A stretch of DNA of 64,000 nt from a virus. Its lineage: Duplodnaviria > Caudoviricetes. The notes beneath the pieces were generated by a model that saw nothing but the letters and a program-made list of their open reading frames with translations, was not told where the DNA came from and searched no databases. A program made the translations under genes and the position numbers. Position 1 is the stretch's first letter. Every line of letters begins with the position of its first letter. Location: the IMG/VR virus record IMGVR_UViG_3300050142_000050, positions 32,001 to 96,000 of that record; one strand, 5' to 3'. This document shows positions 18,860 through 28,301 of this stretch, one piece after another.

Positions 18860-20623
18860 ATGTCCTTTGAAATCCCTGCATCCATGCTCAGCTCGCCAGC
18901 AATCGCGCCAGCTTCGAGCACGACTTCCGGTTTTGGTACCCCCAATATGGCTGTGGAGCATGTACCTGAGCACCATGGGAGGAGTGGGCTCATCAAGTCG
19001 ATCGGTGAGCGCGCTGTGTTCATCTACTTCTTCGAAGGGGTGCCCAATCAGTTCCTCGATCAGGCTATCCGCCCCTACCATTACAACATCGATGACCGCA
19101 CAGCTTCGGTCACGGGTGACATGGTGCAGATGGTGATGGCCGCCAAGATACCAGTCGATGCCGCAGTGAAGAATATCAGCAATACAGTGAATCTGTCCGG
19201 GGCTATTATGCCTTCGACCGACATGCGGATGCAGTTTCAAGCATCACAACTCTCGGATAACTATCGTTTCCTGATGATCACCAGCGAGCAAGTCGGGAAA
19301 CCCATCGGTAATGCTGGTGGCCCAGGTACTCGAATTCGTCGCATCTATACTGGTGTCGTGATGGGAGGTGAACCGGTATCCAAGACTCTCTTCTTGGCTG
19401 GTAGACACTCGGATGCCATCAACCCTAACGCGGGTCTCCTCATCACCCAGAAGACGGTACTGAGTAACAGGGTATCGTACAATGGACTCGGAGTGAGTGG
19501 TGATCAGGTATCCGTCCGTGAGTCGAACAGCTACTACCACGGTACGCTTGCTAAGAACATGACTGTGCACAGTGCGAACGATCTCTCGAGTCGGGTAGCT
19601 TCCCTCATGCCCAACAACGTACTCGCAGGTGTGGAACTCGATATCGAGAATGGTCAGTATCTGGCGTCTCCGAGCTACGAGCTCGACGCATCGACGGATG
19701 TCGCTGCCACGACTATCTCGAATAAGTTCCATGGCGGTAAGCTCCACATGGAAAATCTGATCGGTGGGGCAATTAACGGAAATGTCGAGAACCAACGGAC
19801 ATCGATGGGATCCTTCGGTGTGGACTCGTACAGCCGTAATTATGAGCAGTCGGCGAACATCGCGCCGCTCGAGTGCTTCCGTCATGCACTGACGCAGCAT
19901 ACTGCGCCCAGTACTTTGTCGGAGCTGGACTTCGATGAACACCAACTCGTGAATCTCCGTCAGCTCGATCAGAAGTTCGGCAATGATCTGGAGATGACCA
20001 TCGACCGTTTGAACCGCCCGATGTATTACGGCACGGCTGATCAGACTCAGAATGGTATCATCAATCAGTTGTCGACGATGCTGATCCACATGGTATCGAC
20101 AGTGATGACCGACTATGGTCTGGGTGACATGCGCTTCGACTATCGAGCCATGAAGGATCCAGTGTTCGGGAATATGGTCCCGTCATGGAACATCCAGCAC
20201 TCCGCACCGTTCTGGCCGACTGCTACTGAGACGGAAGTTCTCATGCGCACGGATGCTGCGAAGAGTGTTCTGGAGTCGACGGTCTTTAAGATGATCTTCG
20301 ATTCCTATCACGACTTCTACGTCTCCATGCGCGTGGATACGACTGGTCATTCCGCATGTCGTCTTTCCCTCGTCGAACAGGGAATGATCTCGGAGGTCGA
20401 CTTCGAGATCCCGACTGCATTGGGTGGTCTCGTATCGCCGATGATGGCTGACTCCCCGGCATTCGCCTACAACGGTGGTCGACTCATCGAGTTCTGGGAT
20501 GCGGTATCCCCGGATGCCAATCAGATCTCGAACAATCCGGATATCGTGACAGCGAATGCTGCACGCGCCGCTGTCCCGGAGTCGAACTTCCGTGACGGTC
20601 TGCGTACCGGTTGGAATATCTGA
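18860..20623 (+). CDS. Conserved Chimalliviridae core protein (phiKZ gp70 position), 587 aa
   Basis: IYFFEG...QAIRPYHY motif, strong codon bias, synteny. Confidence 0.55.
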   Translation: MSFEIPASMLSSPAIAPASSTTSGFGTPNMAVEHVPEHHGRSGLIKSIGERAVFIYFFEGVPNQFLDQAIRPYHYNIDDRTASVTGDMVQMVMAAKIPVDAAVKNISNTVNLSGAIMPSTDMRMQFQASQLSDNYRFLMITSEQVGKPIGNAGGPGTRIRRIYTGVVMGGEPVSKTLFLAGRHSDAINPNAGLLITQKTVLSNRVSYNGLGVSGDQVSVRESNSYYHGTLAKNMTVHSANDLSSRVASLMPNNVLAGVELDIENGQYLASPSYELDASTDVAATTISNKFHGGKLHMENLIGGAINGNVENQRTSMGSFGVDSYSRNYEQSANIAPLECFRHALTQHTAPSTLSELDFDEHQLVNLRQLDQKFGNDLEMTIDRLNRPMYYGTADQTQNGIINQLSTMLIHMVSTVMTDYGLGDMRFDYRAMKDPVFGNMVPSWNIQHSAPFWPTATETEVLMRTDAAKSVLESTVFKMIFDSYHDFYVSMRVDTTGHSACRLSLVEQGMISEVDFEIPTALGGLVSPMMADSPAFAYNGGRLIEFWDAVSPDANQISNNPDIVTANAARAAVPESNFRDGLRTGWNI

Positions 20624-20657
20624 AAAAATATTGAAATATCATCGCAAATAGTGTGAC

Positions 20658-20683
20658 GTAGTGAGGGCAGCTGCCCTCACTAC
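20658..20683. terminator. 26-bp perfect palindrome hairpin
   Basis: GTAGTGAGGGCAGCTGCCCTCACTAC. Confidence 0.55.
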
Positions 20684-20710
20684 TACACTTGGAATTATGG
20701 AAGGTTATCC

Positions 20711-21970
20711 ATGGCTTACACAATCAAAGATGTGACCTCCGATTTGCGGAAGGTCTTGACCCTCACTGGTGAGGTCGATGCAGACAGTGATGGGTTTATG
20801 GTCCATCGGGATGACCGCACTCAAATCAAGCTGGTGCGCAGCAAGAAAGATGACGACTCGCGGGCTGTGGTCCTGTTCCAGGATCCTCTCCCCAAGGGTG
20901 ACAATTTCGTCTTCAATCCCTACTCAGAGTCGATGGGTAGCTCGTCTATCCCCTCGAACTTCTTCTACAAGGCGGCTCGGACCAATTTGTCCTTCACCAT
21001 GATGGACACAGTCATCTGGCTCGCCAAGGAACTGCTGGCGCACAAGAAGGCTCTGGAAGCTAAGGAGGAACATCGACTCTCCTCGGCTATCCTGCGCCTT
21101 ACGTCGGTGAAGTTGGATGGTAAGCGTGGTCAGATCATCGATGCTGTCGATGATGAGTTCATCAATGAGCTCAAGAAGATCACCGATGCGGTCGGTCCTG
21201 AACTGACCCACATCACCTATCACAATCGCCAGATGCGTGCGACGGCAGTTGTGGGCTGTCTGTCCGAGTCCACCTGGGATGAGAACTACGGTCGTGGTAT
21301 CCGCAAGAAGTCTCTCCAGGCTTTCAAGGCTCTGATCATGGGTCTCCTGGGTATCAAGACTCCTGCGGATCTCGACACAATCGAGGTTCGTTACGACGTC
21401 GACTCAGGGGCGGCTGCAAAGTTCACGACCATTGTGACTCTGTATGTGAAGATCTACTCGGGCTTTGCTGAGGTTCTGGCCAATGTTCTGATCCATGATC
21501 TGAACCTGTCCGACCTTATGGAAGTGGTGGACAATATGTCCAACGCCACTCGTCTAGCGAAGCATTCCTCACAGCCTATCCTGCCGGTGGCGTCTCCCAA
21601 GTCGACAGCCCCCGCCAATACAGCGCATGTCACCAGTCCTTCTGGCTACAGTGCGCCCGTGGTGGCATCCTACGGCGCCAATCGTTCGAACTACTCGGCA
21701 CCTGCGGTACCTGGGACGACTGTTGGTCGTTACTCGGCTCCGATGGCGGCAGCTTCGCACTACCAAGCACCTCAGGCGCACTATGCTCCGGCATATACTC
21801 CTCCGGTCAATTATGGTGCGCCCATGTATCCGCACAATCCAGCATTCGCTCCTGCGGGTTATGGCGCACCTATGGGCTATGCTGCTCCCATGCAGCCTCT
21901 ACCGTTGATGCAGACGAACAGCACCGTTCATCGTCCCGGCAACAGTGCCGCCAACCGTCGCGGTATCTAA
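20711..21970 (+). CDS. Conserved jumbo-phage protein with Tyr/Pro/Ala-rich disordered C-terminus (419 aa)
   Basis: FNPYSES motif similar to a recalled core family (FHPLxE); last ~110 aa contain repeated YSAP/YGAP/YAP. Confidence 0.6.
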   Translation: MAYTIKDVTSDLRKVLTLTGEVDADSDGFMVHRDDRTQIKLVRSKKDDDSRAVVLFQDPLPKGDNFVFNPYSESMGSSSIPSNFFYKAARTNLSFTMMDTVIWLAKELLAHKKALEAKEEHRLSSAILRLTSVKLDGKRGQIIDAVDDEFINELKKITDAVGPELTHITYHNRQMRATAVVGCLSESTWDENYGRGIRKKSLQAFKALIMGLLGIKTPADLDTIEVRYDVDSGAAAKFTTIVTLYVKIYSGFAEVLANVLIHDLNLSDLMEVVDNMSNATRLAKHSSQPILPVASPKSTAPANTAHVTSPSGYSAPVVASYGANRSNYSAPAVPGTTVGRYSAPMAAASHYQAPQAHYAPAYTPPVNYGAPMYPHNPAFAPAGYGAPMGYAAPMQPLPLMQTNSTVHRPGNSAANRRGI

Positions 21971-21979
21971 TGACAAATG

Positions 21980-22003
21980 GGAGGGTAGCTGATGCTACCC
22001 TCC
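21980..22003 (+). terminator. GC-rich hairpin
   Basis: GGAGGGTAGC-TGAT-GCTACCCTCC. Confidence 0.55.
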
Positions 22004-22023
22004 TATCTAATCGAGGGTGATTT

Positions 22024-23217
22024 ATGATATCGGTTAACCTAGAATTACCCTTCAGTAAAATTGCATCCGAAAGTCAGCGATTCTACATCGATCGTGAGAC
22101 GATCATAAGTGGCCTACCAGGGCCTTCTTCTGTCGGAGGCGCACTTCCACCAGCAGATGGCTCTCTAACGCCTGACAGTGGCTTAAAACGCATTTCAGAC
22201 GATGTAGGGACACTGCACCTGGGATCGTGTGCGATGATACCCAGTGGGACACTCGTCAAACACATCAGCGCCCCTACGAGTTACAAGTACATATGTGAAG
22301 CTGTCTACCGGGTAGCTGGTGGTATATCGACATGTATGTATCTCACACATATCGGTCCTCTCGATCATAAGACAGGTGTGTCCACTCCTGCGGTCGAGAA
22401 GTTGACATATAGTGACAGGCCTCCTTATCGGGCGATTGGATTACCTATCCAGTCGTTACTCGATCCCACAGAGTTCGGTGTAAGGAGTGAGGTCGATAGT
22501 AAAGACTTCAACATCGTTCCTCCTATCTACGACGTGAGGGCTCTCGATAGCTTCCTCACAGGGCATCACTATATGCAGCATAGGAAGCCCTACTCGCACA
22601 ACTTCAATCCCATCAGGGGAGATATGCCGCACATCTATCGCAGTGCGGTCCATGGGGAATTCCAAGAAGATGTGAGGGGTTGGAGATACTCCTATGGTGA
22701 CGATCCATTCTTGGGTTTCGATACCCGATGTCTTTACCAGACAGTTGTGGAGAACACCAAGCACGCCACGATTGTCTACAATGAAGACCTCTTCGATGAA
22801 CCTGCTATCGATAGCGTACGGGGACTACGAGAGTCGTTCCATGTGACTGTCGATATGGACAATTGTCGATATAGGTTACCTCAATCCCACGAGCTGAATC
22901 TAGTCGACTATCTCGACCCTTATCGACTCATCTTTGGGACCACCCCTGGTAGAGATAGAAATATCGCTAACCGGATCTGCTCGATCCTCCACAAAGCCGC
23001 AAAGAGTTACTACTGCTTCCTGATCAGGAGAGGATATTTCGAGAACTGGCCAGTAGCTAGGCCAGTGACGATGACGCTGATGAAGAATCATCTCGAAGAG
23101 TTCGTTATCGTAGTGGATGATCAAAGAGTGGGTGAGACCTTCGTATTTTACACAGCAGTTCCTATTCTCATGTTGACGACATGGGCTGTGGAATCTGTAC
23201 TCGGGAAGGGCAGCTAA
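22024..23217 (+). CDS. Hypothetical protein (397 aa)
   Basis: Long ORF with GAGGGT RBS; no motif recognised. Confidence 0.6.
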   Translation: MISVNLELPFSKIASESQRFYIDRETIISGLPGPSSVGGALPPADGSLTPDSGLKRISDDVGTLHLGSCAMIPSGTLVKHISAPTSYKYICEAVYRVAGGISTCMYLTHIGPLDHKTGVSTPAVEKLTYSDRPPYRAIGLPIQSLLDPTEFGVRSEVDSKDFNIVPPIYDVRALDSFLTGHHYMQHRKPYSHNFNPIRGDMPHIYRSAVHGEFQEDVRGWRYSYGDDPFLGFDTRCLYQTVVENTKHATIVYNEDLFDEPAIDSVRGLRESFHVTVDMDNCRYRLPQSHELNLVDYLDPYRLIFGTTPGRDRNIANRICSILHKAAKSYYCFLIRRGYFENWPVARPVTMTLMKNHLEEFVIVVDDQRVGETFVFYTAVPILMLTTWAVESVLGKGS

Positions 23218-23240
23218 ATAGCGCCCTTCCTATTTTTTTT
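23204..23240 (+). terminator. Hairpin plus T8 tract
   Basis: GGAAGGGC...GCCCTTCC followed by TATTTTTTTT. Confidence 0.65.
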
Positions 23241-23258
23241 GGTTTAAGGACTTTGCAC

Positions 23259-24293
23259 ATGACTGATCAAATGAAAGGTCCGTATTCCGTCTTCGAAGGT
23301 TATGCCGCAGAAGACTTAGGTGACAGTACGACTATCATCAAATTCGTGTCTGAAGACATCCTACCATCGAGCATCAATGGCGATATCGCAGCAGGGGTCA
23401 CCGACTCCGTGATCAATCTCAAGGATCATGCTGGTAATCCCATCACCAAGAAGATCTCGACCTCTAACCATCTACCTGCCACATGGATGGGTGGATCTAA
23501 CCGGCACAGTCCCCCTCTCATCCGAAAGGGTGAACCATTGGAGATCATCCAGTATCACGGTCAGGATAAGTACTTCTGGCGTGAGACTGGGATGGGTGGT
23601 ACATATCGGACCACCGATCGTATCTATCTCGAACTGTCATCTACTGATCCCAAAAAGCCAGGTGTGGTCAATGATGACACCAACCGATGGATCCTCTATG
23701 CTGATACTGACAAGAAGAAGTTCGGTATCCGAACGTCTATCGCTAATGGTGAGGTAGGTAAGTTCCATATCGAAGGTGATCTGACTGCTGGTACATTTAC
23801 CCTGACTGATGGTGAGGGCGATGACTCCAACAATGTCGTCTTCGATACGGGGGCTGATAGCGGTGTCCCTATATTCAGCGTGTCGCTGGGTGAGAAGGCA
23901 TCTTTCCAGATGACCAATCAGGATCTCATGATCAACATCCCTCGCAAGTTCATTGTGAAGAGCGGCGAACGAGTCTTGTTTGATTCTCCTCTCACAGTCT
24001 TCAACGAATCGAGGAAGGGCTCGATCATCTTCAATGCTCTCAATATGGCACTCAATGCCACATCATCATTGGTGATTACCTCAAGTGTCTTCTCGGCCAT
24101 CGTTTCTGCTACCAAGCTCATGGGTACCACAGTGCTCGATAAGCTGCGTGTCAGTAAGTTCGGGAAGGGACCTGTGGGGAGTGCCCCATCTCCTGTGTCA
24201 GTGGGCGATCCTTATTCAGCAGATGCCTCATCTCCGTCTGCATCACCAGATAGTGATCTAGGTACACCTGTCACTTCACTCCCCGTGGCTTAA
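23259..24293 (+). CDS. Baseplate central spike/hub protein (gp5/VgrG OB-fold plus beta-repeat-like)
   Basis: WMGGSNRHSPPLIRKGEPLEIIQYHGQDKYFW OB-fold-type motif followed by short beta-strand repeats; AAGGA RBS before ATG 23259. Confidence 0.6.
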   Translation: MTDQMKGPYSVFEGYAAEDLGDSTTIIKFVSEDILPSSINGDIAAGVTDSVINLKDHAGNPITKKISTSNHLPATWMGGSNRHSPPLIRKGEPLEIIQYHGQDKYFWRETGMGGTYRTTDRIYLELSSTDPKKPGVVNDDTNRWILYADTDKKKFGIRTSIANGEVGKFHIEGDLTAGTFTLTDGEGDDSNNVVFDTGADSGVPIFSVSLGEKASFQMTNQDLMINIPRKFIVKSGERVLFDSPLTVFNESRKGSIIFNALNMALNATSSLVITSSVFSAIVSATKLMGTTVLDKLRVSKFGKGPVGSAPSPVSVGDPYSADASSPSASPDSDLGTPVTSLPVA

Positions 24294-24303
24294 GGAATAA
24301 GAA

Positions 24304-24849
24304 ATGATTTGGCCTTTTACAAAACGTCGGGATGTGATCGTCCCTGATCGAATGAGCGATATCTTCGCTGATGAATGCCGTGTGATTGAACGTCAGGTCA
24401 TTGCCTTGGCTATCAAGTTCAAGCTGGTGACTGCTGCGGATGATAAGACTGTCAAACTCAAGGTCTATGGTGAGATCGACGAGCCTTGGCGTGAAGTCGT
24501 ATTAATGACAGACTGGCGTACATTGATTGAGGCAGTGTCTGATCAGTGGTCAGGTGTCACTGAGGTGGCTGCCGGTACGAACAGTCTCATCGATGAGCGA
24601 GTCCATCCGATCAAGCTCCATGCTGAGTTCTGGAATGGGATACGTGATCTCCATCTGCGGATAGTGGGGTCAGTATCAGGTGATGCTCTGGCTACTGTCA
24701 AATCACGGATCTTCCGTGCTATGACTATCGGCTTCGATGAGAAGTTTGCCAAAGACATGTCCATCCTCATCGATGATCAGTATCCTGATCTCTGGGTAGT
24801 TGTGATGATCTCGATACTGTGTCGCAATTCCACACTCGACTATAACTGA
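24304..24849 (+). CDS. Hypothetical protein (181 aa)
   Basis: AAGGA RBS; ends at a bidirectional hairpin. Confidence 0.6.
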   Translation: MIWPFTKRRDVIVPDRMSDIFADECRVIERQVIALAIKFKLVTAADDKTVKLKVYGEIDEPWREVVLMTDWRTLIEAVSDQWSGVTEVAAGTNSLIDERVHPIKLHAEFWNGIRDLHLRIVGSVSGDALATVKSRIFRAMTIGFDEKFAKDMSILIDDQYPDLWVVVMISILCRNSTLDYN

Positions 24850-24850
24850 T

Positions 24851-24881
24851 ATAGGTGAGGGGCGATGAGCCCCTCACCTAT
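24851..24881. terminator. Bidirectional hairpin between convergent genes
   Basis: ATAGGTGAGGGGC-GATGA-GCCCCTCACCTAT. Confidence 0.7.
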
Positions 24882-24884
24882 CTA

Positions 24885-25229
24885 TCAAATCACTTCTTCA
24901 GATTGTGAGGACATGAACTTTTGATAAAGATCACTGATGAAGCTATCCTCAGGGATAGACAGTGTGATCTGCTTACGGAACTCGAAATCATTGGGGATAC
25001 CATTGATCTTGAGGACGATCCATTCGATGTCATAGTGACGAGACATTTCCAATTTGAGGAATTGTCGCATCCGATAGGCATATCGTTCAGCTGTCTGAGG
25101 AGTCAGTTCGAATTTTGCTGAATTAGCGAGGATGTAGTCGATATGGTCATCGACGAATTGTACCCAGTCTGGATTGCTAGGACCATAGGTGAAGTCCAGA
25201 CACTGCTTGACGATTGATGTGATCGGCAC
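24885..25229 (-). CDS. Small conserved baseplate-type protein (LysM/tail-X-like)
   Basis: AERYAYR...EWIVLKINGI..DF...LSIPE pattern; 114 aa. Confidence 0.5.
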   Translation of the reverse strand: MPITSIVKQCLDFTYGPSNPDWVQFVDDHIDYILANSAKFELTPQTAERYAYRMRQFLKLEMSRHYDIEWIVLKINGIPNDFEFRKQITLSIPEDSFISDLYQKFMSSQSEEVI

Positions 25230-25301
25230 CAGTAGTCTCCATTAAATAAAATAGTTCCCACCATGCGATGGTGTGATCTTATTTCAGGGTGGTTGAAACG
25301 C

Positions 25302-25309
25302 TATATTAC
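25302..25309 (+). promoter_or_regulatory. TATATTAC, exact phiKZ-type early promoter consensus
   Basis: Intergenic, 96 nt upstream of the nvRNAP beta ATG. Confidence 0.5.
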
Positions 25310-25404
25310 TACTCTGGAAATAGACCTGACAGGTGCTCACTTCCTCAAAATATAGGGTTCTCCAAAATAGGAGTTCTCTCTTTTCACAAAAGGGGTCAAC
25401 ACAA

Positions 25405-26667
25405 ATGCCTAGTAATATTGGCAAGGAATATCCCTATCTTGCAAACACCACAATGGACGTTCGTCTGTTGGGTATGCCATATCTACTCACATCGTTCCCA
25501 CAGCAGATCTCAGGATCTCGTGGTGACATGTACAACCACCACCAAGCACAAGCGATGGTGCTCAATAAGCCGGGTCTGGCTGGTGTGTTCTCTGGATTGG
25601 AACCTCAGTTCCGTGAACACATGGTGGAACCTCTAACGCGTCCGCATCGGGTGAAGGTCCTCAGGGTCATTCCGAAGTACCGCAGGGGTTTCATGGACAA
25701 CTGGGCCAAGAATTGTCCAGAGCGTTATGTGATCGTCGAGACAGAGGAAACCAATCCCAAGACCGGAAACAAGTTCGGTAGGTTGGACGTCTTGACGATC
25801 AGTACCTATTACGAAGGTGCTAATGGATTCGGCTATCTGCCGATCCTCAAGAATGTGGACAAGCTGACAGTCGGAGCCTATCTGGATCCTGACATGATCT
25901 TCTCCCATTCCCCTGGGATCATCGGTGACGATTATGGCTTCGGTGTGGATCTCAATGTGATCTATGGATCCTTTGCTGAGACCATCGAGGATGCTTTCGT
26001 CATCAGTGAATCAGCAGCGAAGAAGCTGGAGACCACTGAGGTCAAGTCCCACATCATCAATGTGGTACCTGATCGTCGTCCCCTCAACCTCTATGGTGAC
26101 GATAGTCTCCCGCAGTTCCTCCCCAACATCGGGGACTTCGTGCGTGAAGATGGTATCCTCTGCGGGCAGCGTCCTTCGCACTGGGCGACTGTGGCAGCTG
26201 ATGCTGATCCTAATGCCCTCAAGGAGGTATTGCCCTTCCAGGACAAGTTGTGGCGTCCTGCTGGCATGACTGGTGACACTAAGGTGATCGACGTCACCTT
26301 TGCAGCTAACCTGAACAACATCGGTGATTGTTATCCCCAAGTGGAGCGGCACATCAGCGACTATGTGACTGGGTGCTGTAAGTCACTGCTGGAAGTCTTC
26401 TACCAGTACTGTGAGCCGATTGGGAATCGTCCTCCTCTCCTCACTCCAACAAATCGCATGAACGAACTCTTCGTCCGTGCGTTCAAGCACTTCATCGGGA
26501 TGGGAGGACGCGATGTCCGTCTCGATGGTATCTTCAAGTCCGAGATGAAGCGTAGTCAGCTGGAAGGATTCGACGGACGTCCTGTCGAGTTCATTCAGGC
26601 TAAGGTGGTGACAGCTAAACGCCGTAAGGTGACTGCTACATCGAAGCTTACTGATAAATCGGGTGGT
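25405..26667 (+). CDS. Non-virion RNA polymerase beta C-terminal subunit (phiKZ gp71-73-like), exon 1
   Basis: GVDLNVIYGSFAETIEDAFVISESAAKKL motif; ends KLTDKSGG, the first part of the GDKxxxRHGxKG-type motif. AAGGGG RBS favours ATG 25405. Confidence 0.88.
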
Positions 26668-27028
26668 TTACACTAAGCCTCCATAATCTGAGAAGGTTAT
26701 GGAAATCTCCTCTAATTGCGGGGAAGCCCTTAGAGCTCAAGATACCAAGTCTGAGAATAACTCTCTCAGATGGCCGATGTAATCAATCGGGTATGGTAAC
26801 AACTCTTGAGATTGGGTAATCGCGCAGCCAAGCAGGGCCTCTATGGGGTTTTGAAGGTCCAACGGCTAACCGCTTACCACGGTGTAGGAGTCAGTGACTC
26901 CGAAATGGGGAGCACCCTACTCTAACGAGAGGGTGAAGATATAGTCTGCTCACATGTGAGAGCATGTGCGGAGCTGCCTCTATACGAGGACGAGCCGGGT
27001 GAGTCTAACGAACTCACTGGACAGTAGG
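26668..27028 (+). mobile_element. Group I self-splicing intron (361 nt, no ORF)
   Basis: P AATTGCGGGGAA, Q AATCGCGCAGC, R GTCCAACGGCTA, S AAGATATAGTC. P1 is GGTGGT|TTA-CAC-TAA-GCCTCC; terminal G at 27028. Splicing restores KLTDKSGG-KG. Confidence 0.9.
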
Positions 27029-28243
27029 AAAGGAGTCAGTGCCGTAATCTGGCCTGATAGCTATATGCCCGTCGATGAGTACGGCAACGTAGCTGAAGTG
27101 ATGATCGGTGGCTCCACATTCGTGAGCCGTAATAATCCGAGTGGTCCCATCGAAGTGGGAATCAACTTCATCAGCGAGATTGTCAGGAAGCGTGCTCACA
27201 CGATCAAGGTATCGTCCGGTACTGAGGAAGCCTTGAAGGAAGTCCTCGAATGGTGCAAAGATGTCAATCCGATGTATCACAAGGTCATCGAGGAAACATA
27301 CACCACACCGGTTCAGCGTGAAGCCTTCTTGAACGACATGCTCAAGCAGTTCCGAGTATGGGCTCCGCCTACGTTGGATACGTTTGCGCCGACGGAGGAG
27401 GATCGTCTTAACGTCCTCAGGAACTTCTCGATGTGGTCTGAGAAGTATGGTGCGTATCCGACACACATCACGCGCCTGATTCCACAAGCGGATGGTACCC
27501 TCAAGAAGTTCGTCTCTGACGATAAGTTTGTGATCGGTAAGAAGTATATCCTTCACCTCAGCAAACTTCCTACCCAGACAGCTCCTGGGTTTGCTTCGAC
27601 TAACCACATGGGTATCCCAATCAAGTCCAGTCAGGAGAGTAAGTTCTCCCCTGTGAGCTTGAGTCCTTACAAATTCGGTGAGGATGAAATCCGTGTTATG
27701 TCGATGGACTCTTCTGTCAAGGAAGTGGGACGCCTGATGGCGCTCTATGCTAACTCGCCCACGGGTGTGAAGCAAGTCATCCGTACGATCTTGGAAGCTG
27801 AGCATCCTACTCGGATCGCTCGTACTCCTATTTCGAATGGTGAATTGGCACGAACCAACACAGTGCTCAGGGCGTTCCATTCTTCGACGACTGCATTGGG
27901 TGTGGAAACCCGCAATACGCTGGTGACCAGTCAGATGCAGATCCCTGATGAGATTCGTCGGATCATCGCTGATTCGGAAATCTTTGTACCGCCTGGTGAG
28001 GATGATGATGAATCTCATCTCCCCAAGCCGGTGGCTACACGGCAGAAGAAGAAGCCTCGTAAGACGGCTCCTACCACAGCTGAGGTGGAAGCTATCGAAG
28101 GTGAGATGATCCTCCCGGAGTCGGACCTGGGAGTAGCTGACGTCACGCCGGTCGAGATCAGCACTGAGATCGATATCGAGACCGATATCCAGGGTATGTA
28201 TGGTGAGTTAGGAGGGAACTATTCCTCCGATGACGATGATTGA
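27029..28243 (+). CDS. nvRNAP beta C-terminal subunit, exon 2 (spliced product about 825 aa)
   Basis: KGVSAVIWPD, KKYILHLSKLP and PYKFGEDE (GGQRFGEME-like) motifs. Confidence 0.87.
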   Translation, partial: KGVSAVIWPDSYMPVDEYGNVAEVMIGGSTFVSRNNPSGPIEVGINFISEIVRKRAHTIKVSSGTEEALKEVLEWCKDVNPMYHKVIEETYTTPVQREAFLNDMLKQFRVWAPPTLDTFAPTEEDRLNVLRNFSMWSEKYGAYPTHITRLIPQADGTLKKFVSDDKFVIGKKYILHLSKLPTQTAPGFASTNHMGIPIKSSQESKFSPVSLSPYKFGEDEIRVMSMDSSVKEVGRLMALYANSPTGVKQVIRTILEAEHPTRIARTPISNGELARTNTVLRAFHSSTTALGVETRNTLVTSQMQIPDEIRRIIADSEIFVPPGEDDDESHLPKPVATRQKKKPRKTAPTTAEVEAIEGEMILPESDLGVADVTPVEISTEIDIETDIQGMYGELGGNYSSDDDD

Positions 28244-28252
28244 TTGAGTATC

Positions 28253-28279
28253 GGTGGGAGGAAGCTCCTCCCACCATTT
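28253..28279 (+). terminator. Hairpin between the two RNAP genes
   Basis: GGTGGGAGGA-AGC-TCCTCCCACC then ATTTT. Confidence 0.5.
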
Positions 28280-28301
28280 TCACAAATGGGGTGATCTAGA
28301 T

